Below the pieces are notes generated by a model, which was not told the origin of the DNA, did no database searches, and saw nothing but the letters and a program-made list of their open reading frames with translations. From assembly GCA_002746155.1 (NCBI GenBank), contig NVWF01000009.1:48662-112661 (forward strand): 64,000 bases of DNA, read 5' to 3'. Positions 11,410 through 19,662 of the stretch are shown piece after piece. The DNA comes from Gammaproteobacteria bacterium. Lineage in GTDB: Bacteria > Pseudomonadota > Gammaproteobacteria > Enterobacterales > GCA-2746155. Position 1 is the first letter of the stretch, and each line of letters opens with the position of its first letter. Position numbers and translations under genes: made by a program.

Positions 11410-12321
11410 CTAATACTCGTCGTTACTAACGACTTGATTGCCACCTGATACTTTTGCTTTTTCAAGTTTAGTTTCGACTTTTTTCAACAACACCTCAAAA
11501 CGATCTTCATTACTCAAGCCACTAATGGCAATGCTACAGGTAAAGTGAATACTTTCACCATCAACAGTAATATCTAATTCCTCTATGGTTGCTCGCCATT
11601 TTTCTGCAACTTGGTGTGTCATGGCGACATCGGTCTCGGGTAAGATCAATAAAAATTCTTTACTACTTAAACGGCCAAGAACGTCTGATTGCCGACAACT
11701 TTCTAACAACAGATCAGACAAGGTTTTAATAATTTCATCGCCCGCATAATGTCCTGACTCATCATTAATCTGCTTTAGCTGATCAATGTCTATAAGCACT
11801 AGAGATAAGCTATGTCCGTATCGCATCGCCCTTGATAGTTCACGTTTACCATGGGAAAACATTGTCTCTCTGTTATAAATGCCCGTCAGGGGATCGGTGG
11901 TTGCAAGACGTTTCATTTCCGCTTCAATTTCTTTACGCCTACCAACACTTCGAACAATGGCCTGTGAAAACCACTTGTCTTCAATTAAGGTGGCGCTTAA
12001 GGATATTTCCACGGGGAATAGATGACCATTTCGATGTAGAGCTTCAATTTCAACAACATTACCAATCAGTGGGCCGGCACCGGTTTGTTGAAAGTGTGAA
12101 AATGCGCTTTTAGCTCTTTCCCGCGCATCTTCAGGTACAACTAATTCGTGGATAAAACTGCCAACAGCCACTTCTCTCGGATGGCCAAACATTATTTCAG
12201 CTGCAGCATTCCAAAATACAATTTTAGAGTCCTCATCTGCAACGATAAAGGCATCAAGGGTACTGTCTAACAGAGTTTGACTGATGCTTTGTTCGAAAAG
12301 TTGTTTGTCTACACTATTCAT
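11410..12321 (-). CDS. PAS domain protein with degenerate GGDEF domain (SSKEF) and retained RxxD I-site
   Basis: 303 aa. N-terminal PAS, then GGDEF fold (DPLTGIYNR, LIDIDQLKQINDESGHYAGD). The active-site pentapeptide is SSKEF (nt 11653..11667). RQSD sits five residues upstream of it. Confidence 0.8.
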   Translation of the reverse strand: MNSVDKQLFEQSISQTLLDSTLDAFIVADEDSKIVFWNAAAEIMFGHPREVAVGSFIHELVVPEDARERAKSAFSHFQQTGAGPLIGNVVEIEALHRNGHLFPVEISLSATLIEDKWFSQAIVRSVGRRKEIEAEMKRLATTDPLTGIYNRETMFSHGKRELSRAMRYGHSLSLVLIDIDQLKQINDESGHYAGDEIIKTLSDLLLESCRQSDVLGRLSSKEFLLILPETDVAMTHQVAEKWRATIEELDITVDGESIHFTCSIAISGLSNEDRFEVLLKKVETKLEKAKVSGGNQVVSNDEY

Positions 12322-12411
12322 TAATGGCCCATTTTTTTATTGTTAGCCACTATTTATAATGTAAATACGCTATTAATTCAATGTAGATACGATATAAAAC
12401 CAAATAGTTTG

Positions 12412-13008
12412 TTAAGCATCTCTTATCAATCCAACAAAAACACCTTCAATTGAAAGCTCGTCAGGTTCAAAAGTTATGGGGTTATAGTCTTGGTTAGCCG
12501 GTAATAATACGGGACGGGGGGATTGCGAATCGAGGTATTTCACCGTTACTTCATCATCAATTCTGGCAATAACGATTTGTCCATGGCGTGCTCGCTCAGT
12601 TTTTTGTACGGCAATCATGTCACCATCGAGGATCCCAGCATCTTTCATACTGTCGCCTCGAACTCTTAGTAAATAAGTAGGTCGGCTAGAAAATAAGCCA
12701 TCGGGCACCGGTATATGTCGCTCAAGATTTTCAACAGCCGTGATTGGCGTGCCAGCAGCTACTGAACCAATGAGGGGTAGCTCATAAAAGGCTTCGGTTA
12801 AAAGTTGAATGCCTCGAGGTTTATCACTGTGTAGATGAATATGACCTTTGCGCTCAAGCGCCTTTAGGTGATCAGCAGCAGCCCTCGTTGAACTGACACC
12901 TATACCCTTAGCTAGCTCAGCATGAGTAGGCGCGATGCCGTTCACCTGTACATAATCTCTAATAACGGACAAGACTTCTGCTTGTCGTTCAGTGAGTGCC
13001 TCTGTCAT
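12412..13008 (-). CDS. lexA: LexA repressor
   Basis: 198 aa. Winged-helix N-domain (LTERQAEVLSVIRDYV...HLKALERKG), Ala-Gly cleavage site (VAAG), and Ser/Lys dyad (RGDSMKDAGI, VTVKY). Confidence 0.92.
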   Translation of the reverse strand: MTEALTERQAEVLSVIRDYVQVNGIAPTHAELAKGIGVSSTRAAADHLKALERKGHIHLHSDKPRGIQLLTEAFYELPLIGSVAAGTPITAVENLERHIPVPDGLFSSRPTYLLRVRGDSMKDAGILDGDMIAVQKTERARHGQIVIARIDDEVTVKYLDSQSPRPVLLPANQDYNPITFEPDELSIEGVFVGLIRDA

Positions 13009-13063
13009 ATAAAATTCCTTATTTTGTCTAGATGTGTATTTCCAATCTTCTTTCTTGAGTATA

Positions 13064-13083
13064 TACTACTCGTATAAGTAGTA
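13064..13083. promoter_or_regulatory. Candidate LexA operator (non-canonical dyad TACTAC-N8-GTAGTA)
   Basis: TACTACTCGTATAAGTAGTA has perfect 6-bp arms. It is the only dyad in the 104-nt lexA / Y-polymerase divergent region, 30 nt upstream of the polymerase ATG. Confidence 0.45.
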
Positions 13084-13112
13084 TTTGTACAGCGAGTATT
13101 CGGACAAGTTTA

Positions 13113-14360
13113 ATGGATCAATCTTTACCACATCACAAATGGACAAAAATGATAGCCCTTATGGATATGAATGCTTTTTTTGCGTCCATTGAACAGAAGG
13201 ATTACCCCTGGTGGCGTGGTCGCCCAGTGGCAGTGACCAACGGCAAAATTGGCACGGGGATTATCACCTGTTCCTATGAAGCTAGGGCTTTTGGTGTGCA
13301 TACTGGTATGCGTTTAGTTGAGGCGCGAAAACTTTGCCCACAACTTATCCAAGCACCAGCTAGGCCTTATCGCTATGCAGAGGTCTCACGCTCTATTATG
13401 CACTCCCTTGAAAACATCACCCCTGATCTGGAAATTTTTTCTGTGGATGAAGCCTTTCTTGATCTTAGTCATTGCCAACGTCTTTATCATTACGACCCTT
13501 GGCAAATTGGTAAGCTCATCAAGCAGGTGGTGTTTGATATCTCAGGCTTACTCTGCTCCGTTGGTTTAAGTGGTGATCGCAGTACCGCTAAATGGGCGGC
13601 AAAACAAATGAAACCTAATGGTCTGACTATTATCAAACCGGAACTTGCCGAACAGGCTCTTGCTGAGGTTTCGGTGACAGATTTGTGTGGTGTGAACAAG
13701 GGCATAGGTCGTTTTCTGGCCCAGTACGGCGTCTATCGCTGCGCTGATATGAAACACATCCCCATCAGTGTACTGGGACAGCGTTTTGGCAATCCAGGTA
13801 AGCGAATTTGGCTAATGGCTCAAGGCAAAGATCCCGAAGTGATTAACGGCCATGTGTGTGAAGCAAAAACCCTTGGCCATGGAAAAGTGATTCCACCAAA
13901 TACTACCAAAGGCCAAACTATTTTACTGTATCTGATGCATATGGCTGAAAAGGTTGCGGCGAGATTACGACTTAATCAATTGCAAGCTCAAGTTTTTTCT
14001 ATCGCTTTTAAGACGATCAATGGCTGGCAAAAAACCCGCTCTCGCACCATCTCATGCACCGATGATGGCAAGCAGATCTTCAAGCTCTGTAAGTTTTTTT
14101 TCCAACAAAAATGGCAAGGCGAAGGTGTTTTCCAAGTGCATGTAGCAGCCCTTGATCCACGCCCTGCCAGTGGACAACAGGATTTTTTTATCAAGGATGA
14201 CCAAGACCGTCAAAATCTTCATCAAATGATCGATAAGATCAATCATCGTTACGGAGAATTCACCCTCTGTAACGCCCCTCTACTTAATCGTTCTAGCATG
14301 CCCAATGTTATCGCTCCAGCCTGGAAGCCCGATGGTCATCGCAATACGCTAGAGCACTGA
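13113..14360 (+). CDS. Y-family DNA polymerase (DinB/UmuC superfamily), catalytic residues intact
   Basis: 415 aa. MDMNAFFASIE and FSVDEAFLD carry the catalytic D and DE residues. Also GLLCSVGLSGDRSTAKWA. An alternative start at 13149 (MIALMDMN) is possible. Confidence 0.85.
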   Translation: MDQSLPHHKWTKMIALMDMNAFFASIEQKDYPWWRGRPVAVTNGKIGTGIITCSYEARAFGVHTGMRLVEARKLCPQLIQAPARPYRYAEVSRSIMHSLENITPDLEIFSVDEAFLDLSHCQRLYHYDPWQIGKLIKQVVFDISGLLCSVGLSGDRSTAKWAAKQMKPNGLTIIKPELAEQALAEVSVTDLCGVNKGIGRFLAQYGVYRCADMKHIPISVLGQRFGNPGKRIWLMAQGKDPEVINGHVCEAKTLGHGKVIPPNTTKGQTILLYLMHMAEKVAARLRLNQLQAQVFSIAFKTINGWQKTRSRTISCTDDGKQIFKLCKFFFQQKWQGEGVFQVHVAALDPRPASGQQDFFIKDDQDRQNLHQMIDKINHRYGEFTLCNAPLLNRSSMPNVIAPAWKPDGHRNTLEH

Positions 14361-14375
14361 AGAGGATTTGATTGA

Positions 14376-14792
14376 ATGTGTCGCGCAGCCCGTTTCCAAT
14401 TTGAAGGTCGTCGTTTTGAATATTATTTTACCCAGTACCGGGCAAGATTACCTCTCTTATTACAAACTGGACATTGCTCTTTGGTAACGTGGGGACGTAG
14501 ACGTAATGAGTCGGGTGGTTTTCCCTTTGGCGCCAGTGTGCGTCTTGCTTCAATCCAAGCGGGACATTGGGACGCTCTTCAACCTAAACCTGTAAAAATT
14601 GCCATCCCTGAATTTATGGAAACTGATGTAATGGGACATGAACATTGGTTTCAGGTGATGGCTGGGCAATACCTTCAGGGAATGCTTGCCCAAAAAGGTA
14701 ATCAACTAAGGGTCTATACGGTGCAGCTTGATTGTAATGCTGAGGATACTTTTTTTGAGAATTGGCCAAGGATTGTTAACTCACCTTTTTAG
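14376..14792 (+). CDS. Hypothetical 138-aa protein starting Met-Cys; possible minimal SRAP/YedK-like protein
   Basis: GAGGA RBS 9 nt upstream, 15 nt after the polymerase stop. N-terminus is MCRAARF. Motif order loosely parallels the SRAP family (see findings). Confidence 0.5.
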   Translation: MCRAARFQFEGRRFEYYFTQYRARLPLLLQTGHCSLVTWGRRRNESGGFPFGASVRLASIQAGHWDALQPKPVKIAIPEFMETDVMGHEHWFQVMAGQYLQGMLAQKGNQLRVYTVQLDCNAEDTFFENWPRIVNSPF

Positions 14793-14794
14793 AT

Positions 14795-15547
14795 TTAAGC
14801 AACTTTCTTATTCACCTCCGCGCATTTGTATAAATTAACTACACATTCCTGGGCAACTTTAAAATCCAGCTGATGATCATGAAGTGGTCGTCCTATGACA
14901 ATGCCCGCCAGTCTCTGTTCATTTGCTTTTTCAAGTGCTTCAAGATCTGCAATGCAGCTAATGCCTCCGTTAGCAATAACAGGAATATTCAATGCAGATG
15001 CTAGCTCACAAGAAGCCTGAATGTTGCACTCATTAACACGACCATAATCGGGAATTTCCGTGAGCATGACTCCAGAAACCCCCTGCTCTTCAAAGTCTTT
15101 TGCTAGGGTGATGAGATCGTGACTCTGTTTTTGTCCTCGAAATTTCACCTCACCCTTGTGGGAATCAAATGCCACCATCACAGAACCTGAATATTGCATA
15201 CACATTTCACCGATAAAACCCTCTCGACAAATAGCCCGGGAATTCATTACCAAATACTTGGCGCCAGCATCGAGCCAAATAAGTAAGTCTTGCTCTCTAC
15301 AAATACCACCTATTTGAATCTCAAGTTGTGGATAACGGCGGTGAATTTTAGCAATTTGATGAAAATTAACAGGAGCCCTAGCGCGGATGGAATCAACATC
15401 AACAACATGAATACGTTTTGCACCAGCCTCCACCCAAAATTCTACGGCTTCCATAGGATCTTCACTGATCACAACGTCACCATCTTCTTGATGCTGGGTG
15501 TAGACACTACGTTTTGATTTCAATTCCATAACGGGGACTAATAACAT
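14795..15547 (-). CDS. HisA/HisF-family TIM-barrel protein (orphan paralogue)
   Basis: 250 aa and alignable to HisA along its length (HVVDVD, IQIGGI, VIANGGISCIADLEAL, GIVIGRPL). The first catalytic Asp position reads Glu (VMEL). No other his genes are nearby. Confidence 0.7.
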   Translation of the reverse strand: MLLVPVMELKSKRSVYTQHQEDGDVVISEDPMEAVEFWVEAGAKRIHVVDVDSIRARAPVNFHQIAKIHRRYPQLEIQIGGICREQDLLIWLDAGAKYLVMNSRAICREGFIGEMCMQYSGSVMVAFDSHKGEVKFRGQKQSHDLITLAKDFEEQGVSGVMLTEIPDYGRVNECNIQASCELASALNIPVIANGGISCIADLEALEKANEQRLAGIVIGRPLHDHQLDFKVAQECVVNLYKCAEVNKKVA

Positions 15548-15650
15548 ATCGCTCTCACATAACGTTTAATTTACCTCTACTTTCATTCTAGGCAATTCCT
15601 TACAAAATGAAAGATCTATAGCTCTTTGTTTCGATATAATCTTAATACTC

Positions 15651-15970
15651 ATAAAAATAGCTTTTTTAATAACAATTTATTCCTCCCCACCTATTAACAC
15701 TGGCATAGTAATTGGATACTTTATCCCTAGAACGTCATTAGAAAGAACAGCTAAACTCTGAACAAGAGGTAAGAATTAAGCAATTTATGAAATCATTCAT
15801 CGACTATTTACGCTACTTTTTTGCCTTCGCAGTACCCCTGTTGCTGCTGGTAAGTGCAGTGGCAGAATATTATTGGCCTGAGTCCCTTTGGCCGTCTCGA
15901 TGCTTTGCAGTTTTACTTGCTTCTATGGTGGGTTATTACACCAATTTTATTGCTATAAAAATAGCTTTTT
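15651..15970. repeat. 16-nt exact direct repeat ATAAAAATAGCTTTTT (copies at 15651..15666 and 15955..15970)
   Basis: Read directly from the sequence. The second copy ends exactly at the frameshift point of the DUF445 pseudogene. The first copy is followed by a T6 run rather than T5. Confidence 0.8.
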
Positions 15971-16237
15971 AGACCCCAAAAACCCCGTGTATTCGGTAGA
16001 CAAGGGCTAATTCCGCGTAAACAACCAGAGCTTGCAGATCAGCTGGGTAAAGGCATCAGTGTGCATTTGGCTGCCATTGAAGTTTTAGGCGGTGTGCTAG
16101 GTGGTTTTGCAGGAATAGCTTTATTCTCTCTACCAACCTTTGCTGTCTTGCTCGCGTTATCACTGGGCTTTCTTGGTGTGGAAAACTATCTTACATCTCG
16201 AACCAACCATAAAAATACACTACTAAGAATAAAGTAG
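15787..16237 (+). pseudogene. DUF445-family membrane protein, frameshifted and apparently internally shortened
   Basis: Frame 1 gives ...VGYYTNFIAIKIAF then a stop. The +1 frame continues RPQKPRVFGRQGLIPRKQPELADQLGKGI...GGVLGGFAGIALF. Together these reconstitute the DUF445 signature TN..A.KMLF.P...GLIP+R..ELA..G. The break is at a T5 run (15966..15970). Combined length of about 150 aa is far below typical family members. Confidence 0.55.
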
Positions 16238-16327
16238 GTCAATTACTTGTTTTTACTAACTAAAGCAGATATACCTATAGTTATAAATAAAATCTTGTAG
16301 CTAAAAACCTGAGTACTTATCGTAAAA

Positions 16328-17263
16328 ATGGCAAACATTTCTTTCATCACTATCGTTAAAAGTGCTTTAGCTAGATATTATGCAGTACTTAAGCAAAAAA
16401 TGTCCCATCTTCGTGGTGAGTTATTAATTGATCCTAAGGGCGGCTTTTTCTGGTGGCTGCAAACCCATAGACAAAAGCTAGCCTTAGAGCAGGCAATGGA
16501 AGAATTGCTAAAAAATGCTCGAAAGCCTGATTTTCAACTTAATCAAGTAACAGAAACACTCTTGTCATTTAAATTAAAAAAAGACGATGTCGGTCAGGCT
16601 AAATGGTATCAAGATGCCCACTCTCAATTATTAAATTGCCAAAAAACTTTAGATGGGGCGTCTATTCTAAAAAGAGAGATGATCAAGCCTGCTTTAACTG
16701 AATTAAAATACATCAGTGAGGCCGAACAATTTCATCAATATTTTCACTTGCAACCTATGCAACGGAGAGTTCGAGACATGTACGAAGCGATAACTGAGCG
16801 ACTGGACATCTTGTTAGATTATACAAAGCAAAAAAATCAAGAACATAAAACCGAAATGGATGTTCGGGAACAAGAAGCGAAATTAAAACTTGCTAGCGAA
16901 TTAACTCGACAACACGAAATCCAACTCCAAAAGGAAGAGGCAGAACTAAAAATAGTTGAAACCGAGAGAGAGTTGCTTGATACACAGCATGAAGCAGAGG
17001 AAGCCAGTTGGAATAGAGAAGCTGAACAGCGAAAGTTATCTCTACAAGAATCACAAGAAAAGCATCGTTTACAACTACAAGAATCCCTGTCTGATTTAAA
17101 CCTTGATCTCTCTGATGGGAATAATGATGGTATAGTCGATGTTAGTGGCGAGCAACATTTAGAAGCCTTACTGAGAAAGCTCAAAAACAATGAGCTTGAT
17201 CGCAACGATCCAAAAATTAAACAGCAGCTACAGGCATTACTACAAGCCATAGCAGGATTATAA
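16328..17263 (+). CDS. Hypothetical coiled-coil protein
   Basis: 311 aa. The C-terminal half is E/Q/K/L-rich with heptad-like character. I recognise no motif. Confidence 0.6.
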   Translation: MANISFITIVKSALARYYAVLKQKMSHLRGELLIDPKGGFFWWLQTHRQKLALEQAMEELLKNARKPDFQLNQVTETLLSFKLKKDDVGQAKWYQDAHSQLLNCQKTLDGASILKREMIKPALTELKYISEAEQFHQYFHLQPMQRRVRDMYEAITERLDILLDYTKQKNQEHKTEMDVREQEAKLKLASELTRQHEIQLQKEEAELKIVETERELLDTQHEAEEASWNREAEQRKLSLQESQEKHRLQLQESLSDLNLDLSDGNNDGIVDVSGEQHLEALLRKLKNNELDRNDPKIKQQLQALLQAIAGL

Positions 17264-17288
17264 ACGACAGTTTTTACAGGAGAATATT

Positions 17289-17675
17289 ATGCTCGGATAT
17301 GTAATGGTCGGCACTAATGATATAGACAAGGCCGCAAAATTTTACGATACACTTTTTGCAGCAATGGGTGCGAAGCGTGAAATGGAGTATCCTGACTTTA
17401 TTCTTTGGGATCTAGGTGAAGGTAAAACCAATTTTAGTATCACTAAACCCTATGATGGCAAAGCAGCCTGTATTGGTAACGGTTCGATGAATGCTTTTTA
17501 CGTAACGAGCAACGACGAAGTTGATCGCTTATATGCCCTTGCCATGGAACTGGGTGCAAGTGATGAAGGTGTTCCTGGAAAACGTGAGTTTGATGAAAAT
17601 TTCTACGCTGGATATTTTCGTGATCTTGATGGAAATAAGCTAAATTTCTTCCATTATCCCATGGGTTTAGATTAA
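17289..17675 (+). CDS. VOC (glyoxalase/bleomycin resistance/dioxygenase) family protein
   Basis: 128 aa. MLGYVMVGTNDIDKAAKFYD...YFRDLDGNKLNFF is the typical VOC pattern. Confidence 0.75.
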   Translation: MLGYVMVGTNDIDKAAKFYDTLFAAMGAKREMEYPDFILWDLGEGKTNFSITKPYDGKAACIGNGSMNAFYVTSNDEVDRLYALAMELGASDEGVPGKREFDENFYAGYFRDLDGNKLNFFHYPMGLD

Positions 17676-19475
17676 CCAAGAAGCCTCAACCCTATTGCGA
17701 CCTTCTTGTTTTGCCTGATAAAGCGCTTTATCGGCTTGTTTGAAAACCATATTAAAACTATGGTTTTTTTTCCAGACTGCCAAACCAAAACTCGCAGTAA
17801 TTTTTATAGTTTTTTCTCCAATTTGCCATTCCATACCAGCAATTAATTCTCGAACTCTATTAACAACCTTAAGGGCTTCATCTGTGTCGGTTTCAGGAAA
17901 CAGCAAACAGAATTCTTCTCCTCCCCAGCGAGCTGGGAAATCATTATCACGCAAACAATCCAATAATAGTTTACCAATACTCTTTAATACAATATCTCCG
18001 GCATCATGACCAAATTCATCATTAATAATTTTAAAGTTATCCAAATCAAAAATACAAATCACCAGTGATTGATTGTTTCGCTTATTACGTTCAATTTCTT
18101 TATTCACCACTATATCAAATGCCCGTCGATTGGCTAACCCCGTCAGTACATCTGTTTTAGAAATGGTTTCTAATAATTCATTTTTTAATGCAAGCTCAGC
18201 GGTACGCTCAGATACCTTATCTTCAAGCTGAGCATTTAATATTTTTAATTGCCTCGATAACTTATTTGATTGCTGAACAGTCTCCCAATATTTATTTAGG
18301 ATCATGCTAGTTTCAACACCAATGAAAATTAACATACCAACAGAAGTGTTTGATACTAAAGGGTCATAACCTTGTATGTGAAAAAAGGCAATGTCAGCGG
18401 CAAAGCTCACTAAAAGCACGGAACCACCCACCAGTGTTACCCTCAAACTAATATCACTATTACGCAGTCCTGACACCATAAATGCCACTAATAAAAAGGT
18501 AGTAAAGAGGGTTAGGGGACGATAATAAAGACCATAGGTTTGAATAACATAAAGCGGCTGAAATAGATAAATTACTATACCAATAAGAGAAATAAGATTA
18601 ACAAAAATGACTAACCAACGAGGAATCAAATGGGGAGCACTGGCTCTAAAGTATCCCGTACCAAGCATAATTCCGAATAAATAGGTCGACCAACCAATTG
18701 CCAAATGAAATGATGAAGTCAGGTTAGGGAAAAAATCATAAATGATCCCTGACACAACTAGCTGTCTCAAGGCCAACAGCAATGACAAGGCCGCCAGTGC
18801 AATAATGGTGAAACTGTATCCTCGAATAAACCATACATAGATATTAACCACACAAAATACCACTAAAATGCTAATGACACTCATGATGATATATCGAGTC
18901 ATCTGATCTAGACGAGTCAAGGTGTCAACTGTACCTATGACTGGCGTTGTATGAATGCCTCCATCAATCGAACGACTATTATTAAGATGAATAATTATTT
19001 CACTCTCTCTGTCCATTTTTGGCAACAGAATAATGTGCGTTCGCATTTTAACTAAAGTATGATCACCCAAGTCTGTATTACCGGCATCAAACACCAGAAA
19101 CTCTTCACCCATGGCATTTTTAATAATCACTTTTCTCGTTGTTTCAGCTTGACCGATATTTAGGCCTAAATTGATGGTAGGTTCTGATAAGAGTAACTTT
19201 AGTGTATAGATACCCTTACCTAAATAGGGTAGATCTAAAGAGGGTTTTCGCCACTGATAGGGTACAGGGGCCAGCCCCTCGTATGAAATATCATCCTCAA
19301 GGGAGTGATAACTTAGTAACCAATCACCCTTAAGAAGAATACGACCTTGCCCATCCCAACACCTTAGATCAGCAACCCCCTGAACCACAGGGTTAGTACC
19401 ACATACTCCATCACCATTTTCTACCGGCGTAGCTAACTCTGTTGCAAAACAAGAAGAGGCAAGGGCTAAGGTCAT
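17667..19475 (-). CDS. 7TMR-DISM-type sensor diguanylate cyclase (GGEEF, I-site present)
   Basis: 602 aa. Signal peptide, periplasmic beta-rich domain, 7 TM helices, a coiled coil, then GGDEF domain with RDND-x5-GGEEF. Confidence 0.85.
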   Translation of the reverse strand: MTLALASSCFATELATPVENGDGVCGTNPVVQGVADLRCWDGQGRILLKGDWLLSYHSLEDDISYEGLAPVPYQWRKPSLDLPYLGKGIYTLKLLLSEPTINLGLNIGQAETTRKVIIKNAMGEEFLVFDAGNTDLGDHTLVKMRTHIILLPKMDRESEIIIHLNNSRSIDGGIHTTPVIGTVDTLTRLDQMTRYIIMSVISILVVFCVVNIYVWFIRGYSFTIIALAALSLLLALRQLVVSGIIYDFFPNLTSSFHLAIGWSTYLFGIMLGTGYFRASAPHLIPRWLVIFVNLISLIGIVIYLFQPLYVIQTYGLYYRPLTLFTTFLLVAFMVSGLRNSDISLRVTLVGGSVLLVSFAADIAFFHIQGYDPLVSNTSVGMLIFIGVETSMILNKYWETVQQSNKLSRQLKILNAQLEDKVSERTAELALKNELLETISKTDVLTGLANRRAFDIVVNKEIERNKRNNQSLVICIFDLDNFKIINDEFGHDAGDIVLKSIGKLLLDCLRDNDFPARWGGEEFCLLFPETDTDEALKVVNRVRELIAGMEWQIGEKTIKITASFGLAVWKKNHSFNMVFKQADKALYQAKQEGRNRVEASWLI

Positions 19476-19662
19476 GATAAAAATAAAAGTGAATAAGTAT
19501 CTAATTGTTAAGTCCCTTTTAAATACATAACTAATGAAAAGGCAAATGATATGATTAAGTATAGCTAATAATAGCTTGATTATAAAACAGTCGCTGATTT
19601 AGTCTTGGCTTTACCTTATACTCAAAACATTACTTCTAATACAACATGACGAAATTGATCCT

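Noticed and set aside
16837-17250. 137-aa Ser/Cys-rich minus-strand ORF
   Set aside because: It is the antisense shadow of the repetitive GAA/CAA/AAG-rich coiled-coil gene.
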